A stretch of 36,406 nt of DNA from an uncultured Oscillospiraceae bacterium (GTDB lineage Bacteria; Bacillota; Clostridia; Oscillospirales; Oscillospiraceae), in assembly GCA_905234005.1 (NCBI GenBank), contig CAJOFW010000001.1:1-36406 (forward strand). The letters run 5' to 3'. The position numbers and the translations under genes were made by a program. The notes beneath the pieces were generated by a model that saw only the letters and a program-made list of their open reading frames with translations, was not told where the DNA came from and did not search any database. This document shows positions 1-8,563 of this stretch, piece after piece (positions within the stretch are counted from its first letter, which is position 1; the number at the start of each line of letters is the position of its first letter).

Positions 1-32
1 CGGCGCTTTAAATGGCGCCGCGGGGCTTTTGT
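1..32. repeat. Partial copy of the GC-rich palindrome also found at 1029-1072 (cut by the window edge)
   Basis: cggcgc-tttaaatg-gcgccgcggggcttttgt matches 1041-1072 with one mismatch in the loop. Confidence 0.85.
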
Positions 33-123
33 TGTCTCTGTCTGCTCCATAGCAATTTTGGCGATCATCTAACCGGCTTTCCATAAAGCGTAAAATCCGG
101 TATGGGATGGGTCTTCCGGTTTC

Positions 124-678
124 TTATAGAGCCCACAACAGGGAGGATATACCCGCAGATCTGAAAACCAGCCAGAAAACAAACCGAACTGCCACGCTTA
201 TAAGAGCAGCTTTTCCCACGCCTGCCGCTTTTTTAGGCGTTCGGGTATAAAACACACAATACAGTATCAGTCCTATGATCGGAACAAAAAACGAAAGAAC
301 GTTCAGCCCCGTTGACGGAACGTCGTCCGGATCTGCTCTGCCCGTCGCACATCCGCAATGAGGACAGATAACCGCTTCGCGCATAATTGTTTTGCCGCAA
401 TACCTGCAAGAATGGTCGGCTATTTCAGGCAAGAGCCTTGACAGATCAGACTTGTTTGCATTATTTGTTTCGCTGTCATTATTATTTGACATCGCACTGG
501 CTTTGATTCTGTTGACGATGCGAACCCTCTCATCCTTCTTGATCAATGAATACCAATCAACAGAGGAGAATCCGCTATTGATTGTTTCGACTCCGCAGCC
601 GGAACATATTGTCCCGTTTGGTGTTTTGTTCTCATACGTCATACCGCATTTTGGACAAATATAAATGTATTCTGTCAA
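124..678 (-). CDS. Zinc-ribbon membrane protein (hypothetical)
   Basis: Four CxxC pairs (CPKC, CSGC, CRYC, CPHC) and two C-terminal hydrophobic helices. TTG start at 678 follows GGAGGTG. GC is visibly lower than in the rest of the window. Confidence 0.75.
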   Translation of the reverse strand: MTEYIYICPKCGMTYENKTPNGTICSGCGVETINSGFSSVDWYSLIKKDERVRIVNRIKASAMSNNNDSETNNANKSDLSRLLPEIADHSCRYCGKTIMREAVICPHCGCATGRADPDDVPSTGLNVLSFFVPIIGLILYCVFYTRTPKKAAGVGKAALISVAVRFVFWLVFRSAGISSLLWAL

Positions 679-795
679 GTCCGCCACCTCCAATAAGTAC
701 CTGTCAGTCCGAAGCCTCTAAACTATATCTCATTTCGAGATAATTGTCAATATCTCAATCTGAGATTTCATATGATAGGCGCAGAGGTGACCGCC

Positions 796-1029
796 ATGCG
801 CATAAACCGTATAAAGGAGCTGCGAGAGGACAGTGATCTGACACAGCGCGAGATTGCGGGAATTTTGGATGTCGCACAAAACACATATTGCAATTACGAA
901 AACGGTAATCGTGAAATCCCAATCGAGCTTCTTATCAGGCTCTCCAGATATTATGCTGTGAATATGGAATATCTGCTGGGGCTGACCGACGATCGCGCTC
1001 CGCTTCCACCCTCCAAGCGGATGCTGTGA
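796..1029 (+). CDS. XRE-family helix-turn-helix transcriptional regulator
   Basis: RIKELREDSDLTQREIA...YCNYENGNREIP HTH_3 pattern; GAGGTG RBS before ATG 796. Confidence 0.9.
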   Translation: MRINRIKELREDSDLTQREIAGILDVAQNTYCNYENGNREIPIELLIRLSRYYAVNMEYLLGLTDDRAPLPPSKRML

Positions 1030-1072
1030 CAAAAGCCCCGCGGCGCTTTAAACGGCGCCGCGGGGCTTTTGT
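1029..1072. terminator. Bidirectional terminator / REP-like palindrome
   Basis: Perfect 18-bp inverted repeat acaaaagccccgcggcgc / gcgccgcggggcttttgt with an 8-nt loop, between convergent stop codons. Confidence 0.8.
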
Positions 1073-1233
1073 TATTCCGGCTCGCTGTCGGGGTGTATGA
1101 AGCGATCCTCGGCCTGCTGCTGCGCCCGGATCAGGCGCTCCTTTGCAAGGCCGATATTCTGCTGCTCCAGCATCACAAGCGCATCGGTGATGCCGTTGAA
1201 CAGCGTGAAGTATGATGCTCTGTACTCGTCCAT
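1072..1233 (-). CDS. Small helical hypothetical protein (53 aa, MDEYRASYFTLFNGITDAL...)
   Basis: GGGAGAG RBS before ATG 1233. The YxxLFNxITDAL...LxxAQQxAE pattern resembles small clostridial hypothetical proteins (recalled, not searched). Confidence 0.7.
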   Translation of the reverse strand: MDEYRASYFTLFNGITDALVMLEQQNIGLAKERLIRAQQQAEDRFIHPDSEPE

Positions 1234-1252
1234 TTTGCTGCTCTCCCATAAT

Positions 1253-1419
1253 AAAAAAGTGGCACAGCCGAAGCCGTGCCACGAAAAACGCACAGCTCCG
1301 ATTGCTGCCACACAACCACAACGTCACAAACAATGCGCACGTCTTCAAAGCCCGCGTTTTTACCATGTAAAAGCGTGCGCCTTTGTTTGTGATAATATGC
1401 AGTTGTGGTAATGTGGCAG
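1253..1419 (-). ncRNA. Putative structured 5' leader or ncRNA: long hairpin plus intrinsic terminator
   Basis: Nested inverted repeats across 1305-1419; terminator gtggcacggc-ttcg-gctgtgccac-tttttt at 1282-1253; sigma70-like promoter immediately upstream. Confidence 0.6.
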
Positions 1420-1423
1420 AACA

Positions 1424-1452
1424 AGAATACCACGTTGTCACGGAAAAGGCAA
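1424..1452 (-). promoter_or_regulatory. SigA-type promoter for the structured leader
   Basis: TTGCCT-17bp-TATTCT with extended -10 TG. Confidence 0.55.
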
Positions 1453-1522
1453 CAAAAAAACCGCCCTCCGCCCCGGCGGTCGCCGGTGACGGACGCGCAA
1501 AAAGCCCCGTCCATGCGGACAG

Positions 1523-1560
1523 CAAAAACCGCAGCGCTTCAAACGGCGCTGCGGTTTTTG
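1523..1560. terminator. Intrinsic terminator ending the catabolic cluster
   Basis: Perfect 15-bp inverted repeat caaaaaccgcagcgc / gcgctgcggtttttg. Confidence 0.75.
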
Positions 1561-1587
1561 CATACTTTTCGTAAAAGAAACAGTATC

Positions 1588-1677
1588 ATACTGTTCTCAA
1601 ATTAAAAGCTCTGTTTCGTTACCGGGCGCAAAGCCTTGGAATTGCTGCCTTTTCGAGCGAATACAAAGTTCTTTTTG
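1588..1677 (-). repeat. ~120-bp dispersed repeat, copy 1 (lacks the leading hairpin; lies in the 3' end of a CDS)
   Basis: Aligns by eye to 5954-6073, 10644-10763, 22331-22450 and 29308-29408. Confidence 0.92.
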
Positions 1678-2445
1678 GCAGTTGCTGTACCGCCAGTCCC
1701 CGGATTCGGCGCGCTCTACGCGCAGGTCGCAGGGGACGCTCTGGGTCGGGTCGGGGTGATCGTGCCACAGCTCCCAGAGCTTCGGCAGGAACACGGGCCA
1801 GCGGGACGCCTCGTATTCGCCGTGGTCGGTGGCGCTCGGCGGCACGGGCTTCGCGTCCGGGTTTTCCGCCAGCATCTCAAGGATGAACGCCGGCGGCTCC
1901 GACACGTTCGGGTCGGCCACCGCCGCGTCGAGGTGGACGCAGCCGCCCGGGGCGTCCTGCCACATGTGCACGGTCATATCGACGAAATCTCCGGCCCCGT
2001 TGAAAACGCCCTCCACGATGACGTGCCCGAGCGCGTCGGTGAACGGGAACCAGCCGAGATCGAGGCGGTTGATCTGCACGCCGTTGCCGCCGAACACCGG
2101 CATACCCTCGCCGACGGACTCGGATATCATGTGCGCCGACCGCAGAAACCCGTGCTTCCACGGCTCCCGCACCCACGAAAACCGCTTGTGCGAGCCGGGC
2201 GCCCAGAGGTAGTACCCCTTCTCCATGTTCGCCCACCACCAGTCGAGCATCTCCGCCGTCACGCCGGGCAGAAAATGCTGGTGCCACGCGTTCAGTACCC
2301 AGCCGCGTTTTTGCGCCGCGTCGTTCAGAACCGGCTCCGGCAGCGGCGGCTCGGGCCTCGGCAGCGGCTCATACGGCAGCGTTCGGACGTGGATGTTCTC
2401 CCGGAAGGGCATATACGTCTGCCCGGCGTTCGCGATGTATTCCAT
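1597..2445 (-). CDS. PhlG / phloretin-hydrolase-family C-C hydrolase (DAPG hydrolase family)
   Basis: PGVTAEMLDWWW...YYLWAPGSH signature, candidate metal ligands H, E (ISES) and HxxxE (HGEYE); GAGGAGG RBS. Confidence 0.75.
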   Translation of the reverse strand: MEYIANAGQTYMPFRENIHVRTLPYEPLPRPEPPLPEPVLNDAAQKRGWVLNAWHQHFLPGVTAEMLDWWWANMEKGYYLWAPGSHKRFSWVREPWKHGFLRSAHMISESVGEGMPVFGGNGVQINRLDLGWFPFTDALGHVIVEGVFNGAGDFVDMTVHMWQDAPGGCVHLDAAVADPNVSEPPAFILEMLAENPDAKPVPPSATDHGEYEASRWPVFLPKLWELWHDHPDPTQSVPCDLRVERAESGDWRYSNCQKELCIRSKRQQFQGFAPGNETELLI

Positions 2446-2462
2446 ATAATCCTCCTCGATAT

Positions 2463-2497
2463 GAAGCCCCGTCGGCGTGAACGGCCGACGGGGCTTC
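2463..2497. other. Strong intra-operon hairpin (mRNA stabiliser or partial terminator)
   Basis: 14-bp perfect stem gaagccccgtcggc / gccgacggggcttc, no clear U tract. Confidence 0.55.
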
Positions 2498-2560
2498 GTC
2501 CGTTTATGATTACAGGCAATCGTTCAGCAGTCCTGCGTCAGCGGACGCCGAACATCTGCA

Positions 2561-4486
2561 TTACAGGTTGATCGCGGCGTAGAAGGCCTCCTTCGTGCAC
2601 CACTCGACCGTGCGGGCGCGGACGCAGTCGCCGATCTCGTAGAAGTCGTCGGCGCTGTTCATGAAGGAATCGGCCTCGTCGCGGCGGGCGCGCAGACCGA
2701 CGGCGAGCAGCACGCTGTCGCAGTCGACCGACGCGGCCTGACCGTCCAGCTCGTAGCTGACCTTGCCGGGGACGACGCCGGTGCACCTCGCGTTCAGCAG
2801 GACGTGCAGCGTGTCGGCGTGGTCGCGTACCTCGACGAGCAGCTCGTCGCGGTGGGTCTTCGAGGCGTCGCCGGCGAGCTGGGGCAGCATCTCAATGAGC
2901 GTGACCTCGCGGCCGATCTTCTGCAGGTGGACGGCCGTCTCGAGGCCGACCTGACCGCCGCCGATGATGACGACCCTCTGGCCGATCTCGTCCTCATGGC
3001 CGTAGGCGGACACCGCCGTGCGGCAGTTCTCGACGCCGGGGAGCCAGCGCGGGACGACCGGCTCGGAGCCGAGCGCCGCGATGATCGAATCGAAGCCGTC
3101 CATCATGTCGGGCGTCGCGGCGGTATTGAGCTTCACGGTGATCTTCGGCTCCTTGTTCACCTGCATGATGAGCCAGTTCTTGTAGTCCGACAGCGGCCAC
3201 TTGAAGTTGCGGACGTGGTCGGCGTACTCGAGAAGACCGCCCAGAGCGGCGTTTTTCTCAAACAGCGTGACCGTGTGGCCCCGCTCGGCGCAGTAGAGCG
3301 CGGCGCGCATACCGGCCGGGCCGCCGCCGATGACGGCGACGTTCTTCTCCCGCTCGGGCTTTGCGGGGATGCGGTCGATCGGCGCCTCGAGACCGGCGCG
3401 GGGGTTCACGGCGCACTGCAGGTGCTGGGCGTAGTTGTCGGAGTCGTGGCAGCGCATGCACTTGATGCAGGGGATCACGTCCTCGGGGTGGCCGGCGAGA
3501 TCCTTCTTGATCCAGTCGAGGTCGGCGATGAACTCACGGGCGACGACGACGAAATCGGCGCTGCCCGCCGCGAGCACGGCCTCGCAGTCGGCGAGGTTCG
3601 TAAGACCGCCGATCGTGGAGATCAGGCACTTGTTGATGCGGCCGGACTTCTTCCAGGTGTCCGCGATGAACATATTGTGGTTCGGGGGCAGGAAGCCGCA
3701 GGGGTGCGTCCACGTCATCCAGTCGGAGTTGTGCATGCCGCACGACGCCTGGAGGATGTCGCAGTGCTCCTGCAGGATCTCCGCGATGCGCAGGCCCTCC
3801 TCGATGTCGATGCCGCCCTCCTGGTACTCGGTGCCGGAGATGCGCACGTCGATGATGAAGTCGGGGCCGACGGCCTTGCGGACGGCGTCCATGATCTCCA
3901 CCGCGTAGCGGCAGCGGTTCTCGGTGGAGCCGCCGTATTCGTCGGTGCGCTTGTTTGTGTACGGGGAGAAGAACTGGGCGAGGGGGATCGAGTGGCCCAT
4001 ATGCATGAGCATGCCGTCAAACCCGGCGGCCTTGATGCCGACGGCGGCCTCGACGTATTCGTTCTTGAACCACTCCATCTTCTCCTTCGGGATCTCGCGG
4101 CCGATGGGGGGCGAGCCCATGATCGAGCAGCCGTCCGAAACCGTGTAGCCGTCGGGGAACACGCCGATCAGCTCCATCGTGCACTTCGCGCCGTACAGGT
4201 GGATGCGCTCGGAGAGGTCGACGAGGCGGTTGGTGTGGTTGGGCTTCTTGAGATCCCAGCTCGCGTGGGTGCCGTCGTCGAACGCGCCGCCGATCGACAC
4301 GCCCGCGCAGGTCACAAGCCCCGCGCCGGCTCTGGCGCGGTCCTCAAAGAAGCGGATGCCCTCCTCGGTCGGATAGGGCTGGCCCGACGAGGCGGTATGC
4401 ACCGTGCTCGGGGCGGATATGATGCGGTTTTTCAGCACCACGCCGCCGACACGGATCGGGGAAAATACGTGCGGATATTTTTTCAT
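2561..4486 (-). CDS. NADH:flavin oxidoreductase (OYE TIM barrel + 4Fe-4S + FAD/NAD domain; enoate reductase / BaiCD / Fcr-like)
   Basis: LKNRI, HMGH, NKRTDEYGGSTENR, CIKCMRC-x11-C, GGGPAG and a second GGGQVG. Start placed at ATG 4486 from RBS spacing; 4495 is the alternative. Confidence 0.92.
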   Translation of the reverse strand: MKKYPHVFSPIRVGGVVLKNRIISAPSTVHTASSGQPYPTEEGIRFFEDRARAGAGLVTCAGVSIGGAFDDGTHASWDLKKPNHTNRLVDLSERIHLYGAKCTMELIGVFPDGYTVSDGCSIMGSPPIGREIPKEKMEWFKNEYVEAAVGIKAAGFDGMLMHMGHSIPLAQFFSPYTNKRTDEYGGSTENRCRYAVEIMDAVRKAVGPDFIIDVRISGTEYQEGGIDIEEGLRIAEILQEHCDILQASCGMHNSDWMTWTHPCGFLPPNHNMFIADTWKKSGRINKCLISTIGGLTNLADCEAVLAAGSADFVVVAREFIADLDWIKKDLAGHPEDVIPCIKCMRCHDSDNYAQHLQCAVNPRAGLEAPIDRIPAKPEREKNVAVIGGGPAGMRAALYCAERGHTVTLFEKNAALGGLLEYADHVRNFKWPLSDYKNWLIMQVNKEPKITVKLNTAATPDMMDGFDSIIAALGSEPVVPRWLPGVENCRTAVSAYGHEDEIGQRVVIIGGGQVGLETAVHLQKIGREVTLIEMLPQLAGDASKTHRDELLVEVRDHADTLHVLLNARCTGVVPGKVSYELDGQAASVDCDSVLLAVGLRARRDEADSFMNSADDFYEIGDCVRARTVEWCTKEAFYAAINL

Positions 4487-4576
4487 TCGATTCATCTCCT
4501 GCCTTTCAGACGTTATTCCATGGCAATTGTATCACATTCCTGCGAAAAAGGGAAACAAAAATCGTCCCCCGCCGCC

Positions 4577-4866
4577 GAGCGGAGCGCAATCCCCCGGATT
4601 CGCAGAGCCAAAGGCCCTGCGAATCCGGCAACGCACCTTATATCGGCAACGTGTCTTATAACAGCAACGGTAACGATTTCAGCCCCCGTTGCCTCGCAGA
4701 GTTTGCGCCCGCAGGCGCAAAAAAATGGAATCATTTTTTCCGGAAACCGCGCTTTTCGGAAAAAATACCTTTCGCGTAGCGAACGTGCGAACCCCGCCAA
4801 AGCGGGGTGAGTGCGCTGAGCGGAGCGCAATCCCCCTGATTGGAGCCGCTTCGCGGCTCCAATCAG
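4577..4866. repeat. Hairpin-rich intergenic element with a 19-bp direct repeat
   Basis: gagcggagcgcaatccccc at 4577-4595 and 4818-4836, each followed by a long hairpin; several more stems in between. Confidence 0.7.
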
Positions 4867-4867
4867 C

Positions 4868-5920
4868 TCAAAGGCTCGGGTCGATGAGCACCTTGAGGTG
4901 GCCGCGGCGGCTCGGGGCGCCGATGTATTTTTCGACCGCGTCGTCCAGACTCACGACGCCGGTGACCATGCCGGGGAACTTCACCTTGCCCTGCCGGAGC
5001 ATATCGAGGTACATCTCGACCTCCTCGCGGGTGTAGACGAACGTGAACTGGAAGGACGGCTCGTGGATCGAGAACTGTCCCGGGGTGATCTGGAACGGCT
5101 CGTTGATCGTGCCGATGACCATGACCTGCCCGCCGGGCTTGACGCACGCCACGCAGGTATTGAAGCTGGCCGGGTTGCCGGCGCACTCGTAGACGACCGG
5201 CGCGCCCACGGGGGTGCCGAGGATCTCCATGACCTTCGCCGGGACGTCGGGGCAGGTCTTCGAGTTGATGAAGTAGTCCGCGCCGTATTCACGGATGAGC
5301 GGCTCCTTCTCGTCGGAGGTGCCGAGGGCGATGATGCGCCGTGCGCCGGCGGCGCGCAGGAACTGGATGGCGGACAGGCCGATCGAGCCGGTGCCGGACA
5401 CGACGACGTCGTCGCCGATCTTGAAGCTCGACATGCGGATGCCGTGCAGGGCCACGCAGACGACGTCGAAGAGCACCGCGTCCTTCATGTCCATCCCGTC
5501 GGGGACGGGGATCAGCATCGTGTGCTTCACGTCCCGGATCAGGAAGTATTCGCAGTAGCCGCCGTCCGGGCCGCCGATGCCGGCGGTGTTGGGGAAGCCG
5601 TTGATGCAGATGTTCGTGCGGTTGACCTTGCAGAGCGGGCAGCCGTCCTCACAGGCGGCGGGCGGGCCGCAGAGGATGCGGTCGCCGACCTTGAAGTCCG
5701 TGACGCCCTCGCCGACCTCTACGACGGTGCCGGCGTTCTCGTGGCCGAGCACCATCGGGAGCTGGATGAACGGGGGATAGTGGCCGCCGTAGAACTCGAC
5801 GTCCGTGCCGCAGATGCCGACGTAGTCGATCTTGACGACGAGCTGGTTGGGGCCGGGATGGGGGACGGGCCGCTCCTCCAGCCGGAGGTCGCCCTTGCCG
5901 TACAGTGCCAGTGCTTTCAT
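4868..5920 (-). CDS. Zinc-dependent medium-chain dehydrogenase/reductase
   Basis: GICGTD, GHE, structural-Zn C-x3-C-x2-C-x7-C, GTGSIG Rossmann motif. Confidence 0.93.
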   Translation of the reverse strand: MKALALYGKGDLRLEERPVPHPGPNQLVVKIDYVGICGTDVEFYGGHYPPFIQLPMVLGHENAGTVVEVGEGVTDFKVGDRILCGPPAACEDGCPLCKVNRTNICINGFPNTAGIGGPDGGYCEYFLIRDVKHTMLIPVPDGMDMKDAVLFDVVCVALHGIRMSSFKIGDDVVVSGTGSIGLSAIQFLRAAGARRIIALGTSDEKEPLIREYGADYFINSKTCPDVPAKVMEILGTPVGAPVVYECAGNPASFNTCVACVKPGGQVMVIGTINEPFQITPGQFSIHEPSFQFTFVYTREEVEMYLDMLRQGKVKFPGMVTGVVSLDDAVEKYIGAPSRRGHLKVLIDPSL

Positions 5921-5953
5921 ATGTCAGATTCTCCTTTCAGCGGATAGCCGTTC

Positions 5954-6073
5954 TATACTGTTCTCCAATGAAAAGCTTTGTTTCGTTACCGGGCGCAAAA
6001 CCTTGGAAACGCTGCCGTTTCGAGGCGAATACAAAGTTCTTTTTGATACTTTTTCTTTGGGGAAAAAGTATTA
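5954..6073 (-). repeat. ~120-bp dispersed repeat, copy 2 (full length)
   Basis: Begins at the TAA of the 6071-7012 gene and ends AACAGTATA. Confidence 0.95.
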
Positions 6074-7012
6074 TTTCTTCGAGGGCGCGGGGGTGGGGGC
6101 GATGAAGTCGGTGTAGAACTTCTTGCGGCGCTGGAATTCGGGGTCCTTGCCGAGGTTCATGAGCCGGCCCTCGTTCTCCTTGATGTCGTCGGCGTGCAGG
6201 AACTTGCCGGAGAGGGTGTCGTGCGCCTTGTGCTCGTCGGCGGGGTCAAATTTGAACGCCCACGCGCCGTTCTCGACGACGATCTCGCCCTCGAGACCGC
6301 ACAGCTCGCAGACGGCCTTCGTCGTGCCGGGTACAAGCCAGAAGTTCGAGCACTGGCAGTGCGGGCACACGCCCGGCTCGCCCTTGTATTTCGCCGCGGC
6401 GATGTCGCCGGCGGCCTCGGCGAGGTTGCGGCCGATCTCCTTCATGCGCTCGATCTTGTCGTCGTGCATGATGACGTCCTTCGACCAGGAGAAGAAGTCG
6501 TTGTCGATGATCTTCCACGCCGGGCTCATCGCGCACATGGCGTGATCGGTCTGGACGCGGCAGGCCCAGTCGGAGCCGCCGATGCCGACGAAGGACATGA
6601 CCTTCTCCTGCAGAAGCCTCGGGTCGACGCCGGGGCCGCCGGCCTCGCGGCTGATCTTGTCGCCGATGATGTTCATGCCCCGATCCATGCGCGGGCCGAA
6701 GCGGTCGCATACCGTGTGCACAAGCCCGGACGCGCCGGACTCGAAGATCGGGCTGACGAACAGGATGCCGTCCGCGTCGAGCAGAATCGACCGGAACGCG
6801 TCGAAATCGTCCTTCCGGGTGCAGATGTTGCCCTTGCCCATCACCAGCCCGCGTGAACAGGCCACGCAGCCGGTGCAGTGCTCGATGTGCCAGTCGAGCA
6901 GGTGGATGAACTCCACCTCCGCGCCGGCCTCCTGCGCCGCCATGAGCGCGACGCGGCACATGGTGTCGTTGTTGCCGTTTTTTGTACCGAAGGATACGCC
7001 CACGATTTTCAT
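6071..7012 (-). CDS. flr: Flavodoxin-fold FMN-dependent reductase, flavone reductase (FLR)-like
   Basis: HIEHCTGC, DADGI..SPIFE, DRFGPRMDRG.NIIG, GGSDW, GVCPHC, LCGLEGEI and AHDTLSGKF.H..DIKEN match my recollection of Flavonifractor plautii FLR; substrate not proven. Confidence 0.75.
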   Translation of the reverse strand: MKIVGVSFGTKNGNNDTMCRVALMAAQEAGAEVEFIHLLDWHIEHCTGCVACSRGLVMGKGNICTRKDDFDAFRSILLDADGILFVSPIFESGASGLVHTVCDRFGPRMDRGMNIIGDKISREAGGPGVDPRLLQEKVMSFVGIGGSDWACRVQTDHAMCAMSPAWKIIDNDFFSWSKDVIMHDDKIERMKEIGRNLAEAAGDIAAAKYKGEPGVCPHCQCSNFWLVPGTTKAVCELCGLEGEIVVENGAWAFKFDPADEHKAHDTLSGKFLHADDIKENEGRLMNLGKDPEFQRRKKFYTDFIAPTPAPSKK

Positions 7013-7094
7013 GATAAAGCTCCTTTCAGACAGTTCGATGTCTCTGTTGGTTCTAATAATCCGGTACGGCGACCGCCGCGTGGGGCGGCGGCGG

Positions 7095-8402
7095 TCAGTC
7101 CTTCTTGCCGACGTAGGTGTCGTCGATGCGGAGCGCGACGATGACGGAGATGACGCACAGCAAGCAGATCAGCGCGTACGCGTAGGCGTAGCCGATCGGG
7201 AAGCTGTTGCCGAGCGCGCCGCAGATCGTGATGCCGAGCGCGCCGATGACGGCGACGGCGGGCTTCATGACGCGGTAGCCGTTGTCGAAGTCGTAGCGGC
7301 CCCAGATCGTGGAGATCAGCGAGACGAGGTAGTTCGCCGCGCCGCCGAGCATGATGCCCATGAACGGCTGGGCGACGAAGATCATGATGTACCCGGCGTC
7401 GCCGACCGTGCCGGTCGTGACAAAGCCGCCGGCGATGTTCATCGCGAGCGAGAAGATGCCGAAGAGGAACGTGATGATGATGGCCTTTTTCGTGCCGAGC
7501 TTCTGATCCATCATGCCGCAGAGGTAGCTGCCGACGCAGGCGACGAGACCGGCGCAGGCCAGCATCGGCGTGCACGCGGCGGTGTCAAAGCCGATCTGCG
7601 CCATGCGGGGCACAAAGTTCGACATGACGCCGAGGGAGAACAGCTCCATCACGCCGAGGGGGAAGATGATCCTCCAGACGTTTTTCGTCTTGAGGAAGGT
7701 CTTCGGCTGCCAGTACGACGTCTTCCGGTACGCGATGCCCTCGGCCAGCAGCCTGTCGGCGAGGGCGCGGTCAAAGCTCTCGTCGTTGTCGGGGTACGCC
7801 CCGGCCTGCTCGGGATAGTCCTTCACGAGCGCGAACACGAGGATGCCGAGCACGAGGCACACCGCCGCGAACATATAGTAGATGCCGTTTAAGCCGATGC
7901 CCGCGAGAAGTCCCGAGCAGAGCGGCGTCGCGATCGTCGCGGACAGGGGGAAGCCGATCGTCACGACGCCCATGGCGAGACCCTTCTTCGTCGGGTACCA
8001 GTTCGAGACGACGTTCAGGCTCGCGATGTAGTTGAAGCCCATGCCGCAGATGTTCGCGAGGCAGAGCAGAATCAGATACGCCGGGCTGCTGCCCGCGAAG
8101 CTCCACAGCAGGCAGACGACGGCGTTTACGATGAGGGCGAGGCCCCAGGAGAATTTGCAGCTCTTTTTGCCGCAGAGCCAGCCGAAGATGATCGCGCCGG
8201 GCACGCTGACCCACGCCGCGACGGTGGAGAACACATACAGGATGCTCGGGTTCTGCAGGCCGAACCGGACGGCCCAGCCGGCGGGGATCGTGACGTTGAG
8301 CGAGTCGTAGATGATCATCGAGTTCATCAGGATGCTGAAAAACGTCAGGATCAGGATGACCCAGCCCTTTTTGCCAAAGCCTCTGGCGGTGGATTGCTTC
8401 AT
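7095..8402 (-). CDS. MFS transporter
   Basis: About 12 hydrophobic segments; WYPTKKGLAMG and GMMDQKLG motifs; GGAGG RBS. Confidence 0.9.
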   Translation of the reverse strand: MKQSTARGFGKKGWVILILTFFSILMNSMIIYDSLNVTIPAGWAVRFGLQNPSILYVFSTVAAWVSVPGAIIFGWLCGKKSCKFSWGLALIVNAVVCLLWSFAGSSPAYLILLCLANICGMGFNYIASLNVVSNWYPTKKGLAMGVVTIGFPLSATIATPLCSGLLAGIGLNGIYYMFAAVCLVLGILVFALVKDYPEQAGAYPDNDESFDRALADRLLAEGIAYRKTSYWQPKTFLKTKNVWRIIFPLGVMELFSLGVMSNFVPRMAQIGFDTAACTPMLACAGLVACVGSYLCGMMDQKLGTKKAIIITFLFGIFSLAMNIAGGFVTTGTVGDAGYIMIFVAQPFMGIMLGGAANYLVSLISTIWGRYDFDNGYRVMKPAVAVIGALGITICGALGNSFPIGYAYAYALICLLCVISVIVALRIDDTYVGKKD

Positions 8403-8450
8403 AATGCTGCCTCCCAATAATTAAAGAATTAACGTTTCCTGAACGTCTCT

Positions 8451-8479
8451 ATTATACAATCCAACCGTTTGTTTGACAA
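8451..8479 (-). promoter_or_regulatory. SigA promoter of the catabolic operon
   Basis: TTGTCA-17bp-TATAAT. Confidence 0.7.
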
Positions 8480-8500
8480 ATAACTGTTTTAGTGGGTTGC

Positions 8501-8517
8501 CATTCCGTTTGGTTATG
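8501..8517. promoter_or_regulatory. Putative LysR recognition site (T-N11-A)
   Basis: cAT-TCCGTTTGGTT-ATg dyad about 65 bp upstream of the predicted MFS TSS, overlapping a candidate lysR promoter (TTGCCA-18-TATACT, 8497-8526). Confidence 0.5.
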
Positions 8518-8563
8518 CTGTATACTGTTGGGGAGCATAACGAACGAGGGGGAGGCGGAGCGT

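Noticed and set aside
124..1233. Prophage or ICE boundary
   Set aside because: Only an XRE gene and lower GC; no integrase, att site or structural genes in the window
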